From the NCBI RefSeq assembly GCF_009914755.1, contig NC_060925.1: a DNA stretch of 64,000 nucleotides. One strand, 5' to 3'. Positions 1-14,490 of this stretch are shown piece by piece. Origin of the DNA: the human T2T-CHM13v2.0 reference genome, Homo sapiens. The position numbers were made by a program, and so were the translations under genes. Positions within the stretch are counted from its first letter, which is position 1, and each line of letters opens with the position of its first letter. The notes beneath the pieces were generated by a model that was not told the origin of the DNA, ran no database searches, and saw only the letters and a program-made list of their open reading frames with translations.

Positions 1-424
1 ACGTGACTTGGTTGGGGGTTGTGTCATGAGGAACAGGGCGTCAGACACTCATTGCTACAAATACTATTTTTCTTCAGTGATAGCCATTCACCCACTTCAT
101 GTCAGGTCAGGGAATTAGAGCAAAAGGAATTCTGGCAATTCCAGAAAGCCTTTCTCCCAATTAGTAGAGTAAATTATGCTGGGTACTAGGACTTTGCTCC
201 CCCAGCCTAGGGGAATGCAGGGGCAGAGACTGAGGCCTGGATGTGAGTCCTCACTCCTCTGCCTCCCCACCATGCAGGGGCCCCTCCCCCTACCTTTATG
301 GACTCATGGAGGCTCTAGCTGCCATGCCTCAGCAGACCACGCTGTGGGCCCCTCAGGGATCCCCATAGCTGGGGGAATATCCTGTGTGGAGGGAGGAAGA
401 GCCTAAGAAGAAATGGGTGCGATG

Positions 425-550
425 CAAATTTATTCGTTCAAAAAATATAGGAATCTCCACCATGTGCAAGACACTGTATCAGCTATCATAAGAGATACAG
501 AACGATGACAAGGTCGCTGCCCACGAGGAACTTACAATCTATTGGAAGCA
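425..550 (-). mobile_element. L2 LINE 3' end fragment
   Basis: 'atttattcgttcaaaaaatat...atgtgcaagacactgt...cttacaatcta' resembles the reverse-strand L2 3' terminus. Confidence 0.5.
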
Positions 551-999
551 GCTTAATACCAATAGGAGGTAGTGGTATTAAGCCATATACATAAGTAAGC
601 ACACCTGCATTATGTGGTAGGAAGAAAGAATGAACTTGTTCCGTGTCAACCCAGGTTTGGGTCCTAGGCTAGCTTTGATGAGCTGTGTCTCTGCCAGAGA
701 GTTCCCCAAACTTTCTCAACCTTGGTTTCCCGTAAGTCAAAATTAAGAGGAAAAAAACTCATTTTTTTCCAGATTTTGTTGCATATTAAATGATACGGAA
801 AGCACCTGGTCCCTGCACTGACCCAATCAGGTAGTTTCCTGATGTTGATATTGGGCCCTGTGAACTATGCAGTGTCTCTCTGAAATCATTTATGGTCCTT
901 GAAAGGGAAAAAAGAAAAAAACCCATTCTATCTTCATGGCCCAAGGATCTCTTAAACGAGGTATGGAAGTAAAAAAAAAAAAAACAGGAATGCAAATTA

Positions 1000-1230
1000 C
1001 TTACTTAACATTTATTAAACATTTAATATATGCAAGATTCTGTGTTAAATGCTTTTCGGATATGATCTCATTTAATCTGTACACCATGTAAGGAAGGCAC
1101 TTTAAAAAATCCTCAATTTACAGATGAGGTACCTGAAGACCAGAGGGGTTAACTCTCATTAAGTCCACACTGGATCCAAACAAGCACCCTTTTGACCCAG
1201 GAGCCTGTGCTATCTACTTGCTGCCTACTT
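1000..1230 (-). mobile_element. MIR SINE
   Basis: MIR core 'atctcatttaatct...tttacagatgagg..actgaag'. Confidence 0.7.
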
Positions 1231-1494
1231 GTTTCTCTGAGGTCTCGACCACAGAAGGATCTAGCTGGACAGCAATAGGTCTCGGAAGTCTGTCCCCACC
1301 AGCAATGGGGCTGGCCTCACTCAGACAGCCCTGGGGATATCAACAGCCTTGAAAGTCCCAGGACTTGTATTGGCAAAGTGATGCTCTGGTGACCTGGGAT
1401 TGCTGCTACAGTGAAAAGCTATGACTAGCTATAAGGCACACATAAGACATTGCCCTGCCTCCTGTTTCCTCTGCACTATGGGATGTGCTTTTCA

Positions 1495-1645
1495 GGCTGG
1501 GTGAGGTGGCTCATGCCTGTGATCCCATCACTTTGGGAGGCTGAAGAGGGTGGATTGCATGAGCCCAGGAGTTTGAGACCAACCTGGGCAACACGACAAA
1601 ACCCCATCTCTATAATAAAGACAAAAAATAATTTAACAAAAAAGA
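1495..1645 (+). mobile_element. FLAM / free left Alu monomer
   Basis: Alu left-arm sequence with A-rich tail; TSD tgcttttca at 1486-1494 and 1646-1654. Confidence 0.85.
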
Positions 1646-2065
1646 TGCTTTTCAGAAACCATGGCTGTATAGAAATATCATTCCGAATGCTTGCAAAAGA
1701 CCCAGTCATTGAGTGGCAGCCTTAACTCTCTTCTTTAGAAACTCAGTTTTTCATCTGAGTTTGTTTCTTTCTGTGGGCAGACCATGTTGCTGGTCCCATT
1801 GCTTTGGCTGATGAGTTCAATTATTTCCTGAATCAACTCCAGCCCATTGTTTTCAGACTGCTTCATGGTCATGGAACTTTGATCATAACACTAGTAAATG
1901 TGTTCCTTTCGCCCTGGCAAGGCAGGCTTACATATGAAATGATAGCATAACCTCACATCCTAGTGCAGGGGAGAACTTCAATCACTGTACTGCCATCTTC
2001 ACCAGCACAAGGAAACACCTATAAGTCTTTTTTTTTTTTTTCTATTCTTACACATTCTTCTTACT

Positions 2066-2292
2066 CAGGAGTCAGCAAACTATGGTCTTTAAACCAAATC
2101 CAGCCTGCACTCTGCTTTCATAAATAAAGTTTTATTGGAACACAACTATGCTCACTTTTTAAAAATGTCTTACTTCTGGCTGTCTTCATGCTACAATGGC
2201 AGAGATGAATAGTCATAACAGGGAACAAATGGTCTAAGAAGCCTAGAATATTTACTATCTGACTCTTTACAGAAAAAGATCACCAACTCATG
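2066..2292 (+). mobile_element. MER58A hAT-Charlie MITE
   Basis: 'caggagtcagcaaactatgg...ataaagttttattggaacac...tttactatctgactctttacagaaaaag' follows the MER58A consensus end to end. Confidence 0.85.
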
Positions 2293-2389
2293 CTCTAACT
2301 TACTTTATTTTCTATTTCCATTGCTTGGACTGTTGTGATTTCCAGATTTGAGATTTCTTATGTGATCATCTAATATTTCATAATTCTTC

Positions 2390-2870
2390 AGTGACACCCA
2401 TTGTCTCCAGTACAAATCCCAAATGAATTCGGCATACAAGGCCTTTCATAACTTGGTTCCTATCTAGATTTCTATCCTCTTCTCCATCAACCACACACAT
2501 TTTCCATCAACCACACACATACCCTTGTGATAGAACCACAATAAGTTTGTCCTTCACGTGTAAATAGCCCAGGCTCTTGTATCTTCTGGTATGTTATAGG
2601 TTATGTTCTCTGCCTGGAGTCCACTTTCTTCATGCTAGGCAATAAGCCACTCTTTCTCTAAGAGCTAACCTATCATCTAGCCTTCATAATTCATCACTTT
2701 TCTTCTCCACTGTGTTTTAATAATTTGTTTTCACATCTGCCTATCCTATAAAACTGTGTTATTTCTTGAAGGTGGGGAACTCTGTCAATTGATTTTTATA
2801 TTCAGTGTGTCCGACACATATTTTGGTGCATGGTAGATACTCAGTAGATGTTTATTTGACAAATGAATGG
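2390..2870 (+). mobile_element. L2 LINE 3' fragment
   Basis: Ends in L2-type 'tagatactcagtagatgtttatttgacaaatgaatg'. Confidence 0.6.
2481..2520. repeat. 20-bp tandem duplication
   Basis: t(c/t)tccatcaaccacacacat x2. Confidence 0.9.
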
Positions 2871-4076
2871 GCCAATAGAGAAATGCATGCCATGCGTATA
2901 TTGGTGCTTCCATTAGTAAAGCACATGCTCTCCTTGGGATGAACCTCCCTATCTCCCACTCCCATTAACATTATCTGACAAGAGTCCGTTTTATGTGGGA
3001 CAAACATGGGCTTAGCAATGAACATGAAATTGATGAACATGCTCTGTCTGCAAGTCTGCTGCTCACTAGCCCAGGCATCACTGGCTGAGGCACGTAACTT
3101 CTGCCCACTGGCCTGATCCATGAAGGTGGCAGAACAATTTATTTTTCCTGAAAGACTGTGAGCATTAGTCCCTATATCAGAAGAAGGTATAGAAATAAGG
3201 GAGACTATATTGGAATGTCTAAGGGAAAAGCCATGCCTAGGGCTGCCTGGACGTCAGAGACAGGTGAGAGTGCACATGTGTACACTTGGTAAGGCCAAGG
3301 CAGCTCTGCTGACAGGAAGGTTACCTCTGAGCCACGTGACTCAAGCTGCACAGAGCAGAGCCAGCCTTTGGAGAAGGTCAATGTGGTGAGGAGGGAGGGA
3401 GACTAGGACTTGGAGGTTTCTTTGGGCTCAGTCATTGGCTCAGTATTCAGCAGCAATTTTAGCCCAAACCTCAAGTCATAGACCAAGCAGAAAGAGCCTG
3501 GATTTTCTAGGACTAAATCATGGGTAAGGAGGAAGATAAGACAAGAAAAATGCATGGGGAAAGAGGGAGAAATAAGAAGAGATCAAAGCAGTCAGGGTGA
3601 AGAAATAAAAATAAAAGCAAGGGGGTGAGATCACATGAGCAGAGGTGGTAGACTGTGACCACTTGTCATTCATAAGGTCTCAGGCATTTCCTGGGCAGCT
3701 TCTCTCCACTTCAAGCCTGTATCAGTTCCTCTACCGATCAAGCCGGCATTTTCTGCCTTTCCCACCTCTGTGCTCTCTCCCTCTTCTCTTTTTCCTTTCA
3801 TCTCTTCCTCTCTAGTTCTCTATCCCTCCTCCTGCCTGCCTTAGCCTCTATTCTCCTCCTTTTTTCCTCTCTCTCACTACTCTTCTTGCCCTATTTCCAA
3901 AGCCTCCTTTCCAGTGTTAACTTGATCCAGAAAGGATCTTGCCTCTTGGGGAGAGAGCTCAAAAGCAGTGAAAAGAGGCTGCTTTCTATTGGAATTGTCA
4001 TGGAACCATGTCTGAAAGTACCAGGCTGGAGCACTGGCTCTATCCTGCCCCTGAGAAAAGTGACTGAACTTTCCTT

Positions 4077-4078
<2 letters not shown>

Positions 4079-4108
<30 letters not shown>

Positions 4109-4115
4109 TACACAC
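4079..4115. repeat. (CA)n microsatellite, interrupted
   Basis: Direct reading. Confidence 0.9.
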
Positions 4116-4459
4116 CCCCCAACAACATGCCTACCAATTCAAACGCTCTCCTACACAGGAGACTGTAGTCTCCTGGCTCAAGGGAACAATGCCATTGTTC
4201 AGAATGTTTAACCTGATTCCTTTGTGGGGAGTTCCAAACTATCATAACCAAATTCTGATGTCATGCTGGTGGCAGGGAAATAACCCATCTGCTCTGGGCT
4301 AACCACATTACATCAAGTTTTAATTACATGCAATTATATTGGTGGAGAGAGAAGGGGATGACTTGAATTGAGGCCCTGTCAGTAATCACAGGCTAGGCTA
4401 AAGGGACTTTTGCTGGGGAAGTTAATGGGTGCCCTTACACAGATGATACAAATACATGC

Positions 4460-5145
4460 TCTACAAAATGAATCAGTTGCCAAGTTCTGTTGGTTCATCC
4501 TGAGTGATGTCTGGGATTCTCCATCCCTCTGTTTCCTTTCCATTTCACCCTCGTGCCCCAGTTCAGCTCCTGTTGCTGTAATCCCAGACTATTAGCGTAG
4601 TCTTCCAAATACTTTCCACCCCTCCTGGAGCTTCCCTTTTCAACCCAAATTGCCTGCTAAGGGTAAATTGATTGTTGTAAAGAAAAATCTCATCATATAA
4701 GCTTTCCACTCACCTATAGAAAACAGCTCATTCTCTTGCCACATTTGTGGCTCCTAGCACATCTCCCACTATCCTCGTATATGGATCCTAGATTCTGGCC
4801 ATGGTGGACCTTGAATATTCTCTAAACATGTCTCATGTTAATTATCATTGAAACTTTAAAAAAATTCAGCTGCAATATCTGATACTCCTGTTTACCTAAT
4901 CTTCCAGACCCACTCATCTATGGTCTGGACTCTGAAGCCTCTTTATGATTAATGGTTCAGAAATGATGTCTCCCTCCCCTGAATCTTTAGAGCATTCAGA
5001 TAGGTTTTATCCCTGTAAAGTGGCCCAATGAGGACACAATGGTCTGTACTAATAGCTCATTGAAGGCAGAGTTAGTTTATATTTAATCCATCTTTTATCT
5101 CCCACAGTGTCTTACACAGAGTAAAAACTGAATAAATAAATGATT
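4460..5145 (+). mobile_element. L2 LINE fragments
   Basis: 'atcagttgccaagttctgttggttc', 'ccagactatt', tail 'aataaataaatga'. Confidence 0.5.
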
Positions 5146-5374
5146 TTTATCTATTGAACAAGTTTAAATACAATGGGGCTTGTAAGTTGAAATGGATGTC
5201 AAGGAAATAAAACACAAGGACAGAAAAAAATGTACAAATTACATATACAACCAATCTGACAGTCCATTGTGAGACTAAACCAATGCCAAGAAGTTGTTAG
5301 AAGCTTATGGATGGAAGCAAAAGGGTATAGAGACAGTGTGGGCGAAGTCTTTGAGACCAGAGGAAGATTGTGAC

Positions 5375-5570
5375 TAAGTGGGAAGTTTTCTGTGCTAAGT
5401 GGTGTGCTGGCTGCCTTACCACACATCTCTCATTCAATCCTCACAACCACCCCGTGTTACATGTGAGGAACCTGCCTAGGGCCACACAGCTGGAAAGGCA
5501 GAGTCAGGACCCAAACCCAAGCTCCCAGACCCCAAGCCCATATTCTCTGCATGGCACAGTACTATCCTTC
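5375..5570 (-). mobile_element. MIR SINE
   Basis: 'atctcattcaatcctcacaaccacccc...atgtgaggaa...gccacacagct'. Confidence 0.7.
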
Positions 5571-5595
5571 CCCTAACATATTGTCCCTGATGTAA

Positions 5596-5984
<389 letters not shown>

Positions 5985-6319
5985 TCATTTTTAGAATAAA
6001 GTTATACAAACTGTATTTTGGTTCTTTGTACTTCCCGGAAAAAAAAATTATGTTTTATTAAGTCACCTTTGCCTTGTCAAAATATTAAGACACTTTAAAC
6101 ACCCCTCTCTCCCCCTTGCTCCCTTCCCTGCCACTAACTCTATGACCCCAACCCTGTTCCCAAAAGCCTTGACAACTGCACTCTGTTCACCTGATTGTTA
6201 TGACTTTATTCTTATATGTATGGCTTTTTGCTTGTGTTTTAATACAATAGTTATACATACATACATATATATAAAGTTATATATATGTGTAGTCACATAT
6301 ACACATGTATATATATATA

Positions 6320-7596
6320 TGAGAGAACTTGAAAAAGTTCATGGAAAATGGAATTAAAAGATAAATATAAAGTATACGATCTTTATTTCTCAACATAAAT
6401 TCTATCAAATTCAAGACATAATTGTAAGTGATGATACCAGCCATTTAGTCCACCCCTAGAGAACTGAGGGCCCTGGGAATTTAATCACATCAATGCAGTA
6501 TTTTTTACATTATTAACTGGAGAAAAATGGGTGCCCTTTAAAGATTTTCTAAGGTTAGGAAACAAAAAGAAGTCAGAAGGAACCAAATCAGAACTGAAAG
6601 TGGGATGCCTAATGATTTTCCGTTGAAACTTTCACAAAATTGTCCTTGTTTGATGAGAGAAACAAGCAGGAATATTGTTGTGGTGAAGAAGGACTCTCTA
6701 GTAAACTTTCCTGGGCATTTTTCTGCTAAAGCTTTGGCTGGCTTCTCAAAGCACTCTCATAATAAGCAGATGTTGTCATTCTTTGTCCCACCAGAAAGTC
6801 AACAAGCAAAATGCCTCGAGCATCCCCCAAAACTTTTGCTATAAGCTTTGCTCTTGACTGGTCAGCTTTTGACTGGATCACTTCCACCGCTTGGTAGCCA
6901 TTGCTTTCATTGTGCTTTCTCATCTGGCTCGTACTGATAAAGCCATGTTCTATCTCCAGTTACAATTCTTCAAAGAAATGCTTCAGGATCTTGATCCCAC
7001 TTGTTTAAAATTTGCATCCAAAGCTCTACTCTTGTCTGCAGCTGATCTTGGTGCAACAGCTTTGGCACCCATCAAGTAAAATGATTGCTCAGCTTTAATT
7101 TTTAAGTCAAAATTCTGTGAGCTGAACCAATTGAGATATCTATGGTGTTGACTATTTGTGCTATTAATCATTGGTCCTTTTCAATTAGGGCACAAATAAG
7201 ATTAATGTTTTTCTCACAAATCAATGTGGATGGTCTGCTGCTATGGGCTTTATCTTCAACATTGTCTCATCCTTTATTAAAACAAGTTATTTATTTGTAA
7301 ACTACTTATGCCTCTGTAAGCTTTTTGTAAAGCATCAGTGATTTTACTATTTTTCCACCCAAGTTTTAACATCAATTTGATCTTTTTTTCTTGCTTAAAT
7401 TTTAGCAGAATTCATGCTGCTCTGTTAGGGGCTGTTTTCAAATTGAGGTTTTATTCTTGTTAGTGCCTCAAATTGGATTCTATTCAGACATGTTATAACA
7501 AGTTCGTACAGGTTCACTTTGGTACAAAAAATCTTAAAATCCATGCATAGTTTCTTCATAATACACATTTCCCATGAACATTTTGAAGATCCCTTG
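6320..7596 (-). mobile_element. HSMAR2 mariner DNA transposon, near full length, inactive
   Basis: TIRs at both ends (aaaaagttcatggaaaatg / catttcccatgaacattttgaag); minus-strand translation gives IVTGDRTW, DARGILLVDFL, SAYYES, LHHNN, SDLVPSDFFL; stops present; TA-rich flanks. Confidence 0.92.
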
Positions 7597-8619
7597 TGCA
7601 TATAGAGATACATATATATTTAAAAAGCAGGAAACCATTATCACAATTTACCATTGTTGTGCACCAACTATTGGTAGGCATGAACTAAAGAAATGTAGGT
7701 ACCTTGAGAACAAGGGAGTCATCCTCCTGCATACACAGTGTTTGCTTTGTTGTTGCCAAAATCCATCACTGTGTCTGGCATAGCAGACATTAACTAAATG
7801 GCTGTTTACTAATGAATGAAGACAGGGAGGATGGAGTGGGAGAAAGAGGAAGGGCCATGCAGTTTTTGGTGTGTGCTTTTCAGGAACCAATGCATTTATC
7901 TTTTAATGTGATGTTACTCTGTCACCATTAAGGAAACTCTTGCTTCTTCTACTTCCACACCAGTCCAAATCTTTGAGTAGGACTCCCAGAGATCAAACTA
8001 ATGGATTGAAATCAAGAAAATTCATTTATGTGGCACTTTGTTCATGAATTCTCCCAACCATTGGTTGGATCAAATGTCATTTTATCAGTCACCAGTTTTA
8101 ACATTCTTTTCCAAACCCAAGCCAGTTTCCAAACCTAAAAACCTGATTGTGTTCCACCAAAATAACAGGTTACATAGAAAACACCTCAGTATAAATTTTG
8201 CTTAAATGTAGTTATCTAAACAGAATAAAGCAAAACAAAATTAAAACTGGCTTAGTTGAATTTGATTTTTCAAAGAAGCATGAGATGTACATATAAAGAG
8301 AACCTTGGTCAACTGTATTTGCTGAGGACCATCTGCTTGCAGAGGCTTGCAGTGGTTGTTTGGGAAAGATGTTAACCAAAGAGAAGATATATTTCTGCAA
8401 AACATAGGTATACAATAAGGCAAATATGCACACCTTAGATGATATCTTATGTTTTTATTTTATAATATTCTGTAGAGAGGCCATAAGAGAAAGAATAAAA
8501 AGAACTAGGGTAGAAACAAGAGAAGAAACAGACCTGAGGAACTGGGGTTTATGTAAATCCATCCCAGACCTTTAAATTATGTTGAGCACTTTATGGAGTT
8601 CAGACACATCATAAGAGTG

Positions 8620-8770
8620 GGAAAAACATGGCACTGGTCACAAAGCTATTAAGAGACTGGCATTCCAACCATGCCTCTTCCTCTTAATAGCTTTATGACC
8701 TTAGGCCAGCTATCTAAACTCTTCAAGGTTCAATTTTCTCATCTGTGGAGAATTGCCTTGGAATTGGTCA
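8620..8770 (+). mobile_element. MIR SINE
   Basis: 'ttatgaccttaggcc...caattttctcatctgt'. Confidence 0.55.
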
Positions 8771-9014
8771 TCTTGGTGTTTCCTTCAAGTACTAATATTC
8801 CAAGATGGTGGTTAATCTTGATTTAAAATATTTTGTGTGACTTCCCCAGGTAGTCAGTTTCACAATTTAATAACACACTTGTATACATGTACTTAATTGG
8901 AATCTCCCCTCCTGCACTTTAAACTAATTTCTTTAGTTTGGTCCTTGGCAGAATTATAGAAGAAGAGGCATTTTCTTGATGATGAAACACCATGTGCTTA
9001 AAACAAATAGTTAA

Positions 9015-9340
9015 CTCTTTTTCTTTCATAAAAGTAATATATATTTACTGTGTAAAAACTTAGAAATATAGAAAAGTATAGAAAATAAAATAATAACCAC
9101 TTATAATTCCATCCCAAGAGCTAATAACAGCTTATATATGCATTTCTTTCTAGTTTTTTTAGCATAGGATTACATGCCAAATATATTTTGTACCCCAATT
9201 TTTAAAAATTTATATTCTCATGAGGATTTTTTGTCATTAAAAATGATTTAAACACTGATTTTTTAAAAGATGATTTAATATCCTATTGTATTCAAAGAGA
9301 TAAAGTTCATTGTTAGACATCTTTGTTTGTTTGTAATTCT
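9015..9340 (-). mobile_element. Old L1 (L1M/L1ME-type) 3' end
   Basis: 'aaaagtaatatatattt...aaaacttagaaatatagaaaagtataga' typical of L1ME termini. Confidence 0.55.
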
Positions 9341-9344
9341 AGTT

Positions 9345-10450
9345 GATTTTAAACATTTATTTTTACCAAACTAATGCTAGTACATATTTTAAAAGTTAAA
9401 AGATAGCTACAAAACTCTTGAGATAAGACAGGAAATACTTGCCCTTCCTTCTTTTCTTCAGGGCCCAACTTCTAATGACAGATATTTTTTAACTCTTTGT
9501 TTATCTCTTTGCTTCCATATTTCAAAATTATGTGCTTATATACTTACTCTCATTTTTGTCAGTTTTGTCACCAAAGTTAGTGACTTCATATGATGGGGGA
9601 TGAGGATTTAGCATGCCTATCCCAACAACTTCCATATACCCTCTCACAATTCTCTCACCAGAATAAAATTATAATTTTTGGTAAAATCAACACTGGCACC
9701 ATGATTATAAAAATATTCTTTACTGCTGAGACAAGTAGCATGCTATGATTAAATTTAATTTTTTGCATATGCAACATTTTACTTTAATAAAGACATCCTT
9801 CTTGGAGCCCTTTTATTATCCTGTTCTAGTTTCACCAGTTGCTTTCTGGACCAGGTTACGTCTATTGTCCAGATACTTATGATTGCAATAATCTTGGATA
9901 GTCTCCTCACCTCTCTTGTGTTCTGTGTCCCCTATTTTTCCAGTTGTCATGCCCTGCTCTCTTTTGGTTCACTCTTTCATTAAATGAAGCACATTCTTCA
10001 AAAGCTTCATGAAGAAAGGAGAATGAGAAGTAGAATTTTGAGGCTTGGCACGTCTTAAAAATGTCTTTATTTTTCCATCACCATCACAGTTGATGTATAC
10101 TTTGGCTGGGTATAATATTTTAGGTTGAAATCCTTTAGAACTTTGAAGATATTGCTGCACTGTCTTTTAACTTCTAGTGTTGCTTTAAGTAGTTCAATGC
10201 CATTTTAATTCCAGGTTTCACATGTGTTATCCTTTTCTTTTTCTCTCTCTGAAAGCTTTAGAATTTTCCCTTTATTGGTGGTGTTAATTTGAAATTTCAT
10301 TATAATCTGCCTTCAAGCATTTTATTTATTTATTTATTTGTTTATTCATTCAAGCTAGGTGCTTGGAAATTTTTATTATAAAATCTCACATCCAGTTATG
10401 GACTTTTTAAACAAAATTGTTTCTTTTATAATATAGTTCCTTCTGTTTGC
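9345..10450 (-). mobile_element. L1 ORF1-like remnant (HAL1/L1M)
   Basis: ORF 9969-10160 reads FQPKILYPAK..KIKTF, the L1 ORF1p C-terminal motif; runs into a 3'-end-like sequence without ORF2, as in HAL1. Confidence 0.6.
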
Positions 10451-10539
10451 AAATATTTTGCCAATTTTCACAATAAAACAGCACCTATTTTAATTAGATT
10501 TTTGAAAACTAATCACAGTACGACTTAATTCACTGCTAT

Positions 10540-10900
10540 TTTATTTTACAAATAATACACTTATTGATCTTGTGCATGACTCAAACATACAGAAATATAG
10601 TGAAAAGGTTGTATTTCTTTTCTCTCCCTGTATTTCTACTCCCTTCCTAAGGTAACCATACCTAAAAATGTGCTGTGCATCTTTCCAGTCACCTTTTTTA
10701 ACATATTTGTAGACTCACATTCGTAAAGTATGATAACAAAATCATACTACACTTTTAATTTTGCAATTAGATTTTTTCCACTTGTCAATAAATCCTGAAT
10801 AATTTTTGGTGTCTGCACATATGCATTTCATAGTATATAGCACCACACTGATTTATCCAATCATATATCTATTAAGATGGTTTCATTTTTCTTAATGATA
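10540..10900 (-). mobile_element. Old L1 3' end fragment
   Basis: 'aaggtaacca...atctttccag...ttttttccactt' pattern. Confidence 0.45.
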
Positions 10901-11103
10901 CTTAAAAGCTGCTTTTAGATTAAAAATATTAAACTTTTAAAATAATATTTTACCATAAACTATCATATACTTTGATGGCACTCAGCCCTCAAGCTGATGA
11001 ATTACTCTAGACTATGAATCAAATTCACTGGCCCTCCTGTAACTAAGAGACAGAAGAGAAAATCAAAGATGCAAGAGATAAAGATAAGTATTGTGGTTTA
11101 CAT

Positions 11104-11447
11104 CGGGGTTCCCAACCACCAGGCTAGTGGACTAGTACCTGTCTGTGGTCTGTTAGGAACCCAGCTGCACACCAGGAGGTGAACTGAGGGCTAGCAAGAG
11201 CATTACTGCCTGAGCTCTGCCTCTTGTCAGATCAGTGGAGGCATTAGATTCTCATAGGAGCATGGACCCTATTATGAACTGCACACGTGAGGGATCTAGG
11301 TTGCACACTCCTTAAGAGAGTCTAACTAGTGACTGATGATCTGAGGTGAAAACAGTTTCATCCAAAACCATCCCTCACCAGCCCCACCAGGGAAAAATTG
11401 TCTGCCACAAAACTGGTTCCTGGTGCAAAAAAGGTTGAGGACCGCTG
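11104..11447 (+). mobile_element. MER1B hAT MITE
   Basis: Colinear with MER1B consensus ('gcattagattctcataggagc', 'aaaaaggttgaggaccgctg'); degenerate 8-bp TSD gtttacat/atttacac. Confidence 0.9.
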
Positions 11448-11639
11448 ATTTACACAAAGCTCACACTTACCTTCAAGAAATTGTACTGTGCACTGTGGAG
11501 TGTATCTCTGTTCTGCTGAGAGGTGGCTCACCACAACCTTAACTGTGCGTCACTGGGGACTGGTGATTCAGAATAGTCATCTATTCTATAATGTGTGCAG
11601 TCTCACCCCCAGCAAAGAAGGTAATAAATATAACCATAA

Positions 11640-11985
11640 TAATGGTAATAACATTTGTAGAGTACTTTATAGTTACACAGCCCTTTCAAATGCATTACCT
11701 CATTTATTGTGCACAGTGCATAATAATAGCCACGCAATTTGTCCTCATGGCTCCCATCAGCCACATGTTTGTTAAAGCTCAGAGTCTGGGATTGTGTGGG
11801 CCAGCTTTTCAGGCAGGCAGACCTGGATTCACAATTTCCTTCTCACTCACAAGTGGGCTTTGTGACTTTGGGCCACAGCTCAACCTACCTTAGTCTCAGT
11901 TTTCCGGGCTAGCATTCGTGCTATGAAGTATGGTTGTTTTAATTAAATATATTGTAAAAGTAAAGCATCCAGCACAGAGTTCAAA
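11640..11985. mobile_element. MIR fragments (two, opposite orientation)
   Basis: MIR-like cores 'tgtgactttgggcca...ctcagtttt' and 'aacatttgtagagtacttt'. Confidence 0.5.
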
Positions 11986-13040
11986 TATTTTAAGTTTATA
12001 ATAACTTAAGAACTTTGCTTCCCTTTTACTCAATCCAAATGTTTAAAGAAAATAGACATACCCCTTTATTTCTTCTTGTTTTCAGGATTTGCTTCTTAAA
12101 GGAATGCTAACAATGTATACAGACCTATGCTCCCTTCACTAGGCCAAATAGAGGGCAGGAAGAGAAGACAGAAGTCATCAGGAGGTAGCAGTAGGGTGGG
12201 GCTGGGGAAAAGGTGTTGGCATGGGGAAAGTAAATGGGGTCCATTTGAATTCAGAATATAATGTGTTTAGGTGGTAGGGCTGCCTGGTATCAAACCTGAC
12301 TCAGCTATTACAGAACTTAGACTCATAACATCTTCCAAATTGGTGAGCTCCAAATTTTAACCACAGACACCTGTAATTAGGAGATTGGGTGACACAGGTT
12401 CCAACATAGCCTCAGTTAGTATTTGCCTGGCTGTAAATCCTCTCTGGGTTCTGGAGCCAGGTACTCACAGAGCCTCATCCCAGAAGGGAGAAGTGATTCA
12501 GGAGAGATGACTCACTTGGGTGATTTGTTTTAACAGACACAAGCTGCTTGTATTCTTTTCCCCTCACCCTGTAATCTCCTTTCTACTGACTCTTTTCTGT
12601 GTTCTCTGCACTTCTTTCAAAGCATTATCGGGTCTGGCTCCATGGGGGACAAAAGCAAAGAATAGTTGATATAACATCTCTGAGATAACCAGCCCTCAAA
12701 TTCCCAAGGAGCTGGATGGTGACTGGCAGGGACTGGTTTTCCTAGCTCTGTTGGTGTGAGCTATTCTTTAACATTATTTGATGAATCTGATTTATGATTA
12801 TTTTCACCTGAGAGTCAGGTGACAAGCCCAATTAGAGTCTGGCTAAAAAGGTCAAAAAAAAGAAGAAAGAAAGCCATTTCAGCGGTTTTATTGATCTTCA
12901 ATGATAAAGGCCAAATGTGCATACCAGCAGTTTTTTAATGATCTATTGATATACTCAAACAATACAGTGGTGATTCCATTTAGTGCTTTAGATTTAAAGA
13001 AATGTGTCTGCAATATTAGCTAAGTCTTATTGTTTATTAG

Positions 13041-13369
<329 letters not shown>

Positions 13370-13840
13370 TGATCTAGAAAAATTGCCATAATTACATCAA
13401 GTTTCTTTCAAATCAGTTTGTCTATTATTAGGTGATACACAATGATTGAATGAGTTAATAAGCTTCAGCAGATATGGGTTTTTCTAAGGAAAATGGCATA
13501 GCATGGTTGATATGTCCTCACTAAATAAAACCATTATCAATCTGCCATTCCACAGACTTAGAAAAAAAAGCTTTATTGGCAGTAGATTTCTCAAAGCAGT
13601 TCTAATTGTTGTTTGCTATTTTTGTATTCAACTAATGTTTGCTTAATCTTACAAATTATACTATAAACATTTCAGTTTACAATAGTTTGTAGATACTATT
13701 TAGTGTACCAGCATTCCATTTATCTTGAAAAATGTACACAAACCTACTCCCCTTGGCTAATCACTCGCTTCTCTTATTTTACACTTTTTTATATCCCTAG
13801 GGTAAAAAGAATGCACATTATTTGCTCGTAACATTAAAAT

Positions 13841-13846
<6 letters not shown>

Positions 13847-13885
<39 letters not shown>
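13847..13885. repeat. (TA)n microsatellite at Alu tail
   Basis: Direct reading. Confidence 0.95.
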
Positions 13886-14177
<292 letters not shown>

Positions 14178-14490
14178 TAATAGTAATCTATGAAAACAAA
14201 ACAAAGAGGAAGAAAAAGAAATTCATCATTTTTTCCAATCACATGTTGTCTTTGTTTTAAACTTGTGGAGCATTGTTTTTTATCACGACTGGTAAGAAAC
14301 ATAGTTCTTCAGATACAATGATTGGATTAGTTAGGATGAAGGTGGGACTCAATGTGAGAAGAAAGAGAGAATAGGAAATGTTTGATATAGATGAAGGCAA
14401 TGAATGAAGAACATTGTCCTATCTTCTGAGCCCCTAACTCCACAGCTTCCAGACACAGAGTTTCATAATCTAGTTAAGAAAAACCAAGTG

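Noticed and set aside
3877-4302. Overlapping 124-138 aa ORFs
   Set aside because: Held open by the (CA)n repeat; no homology recognised
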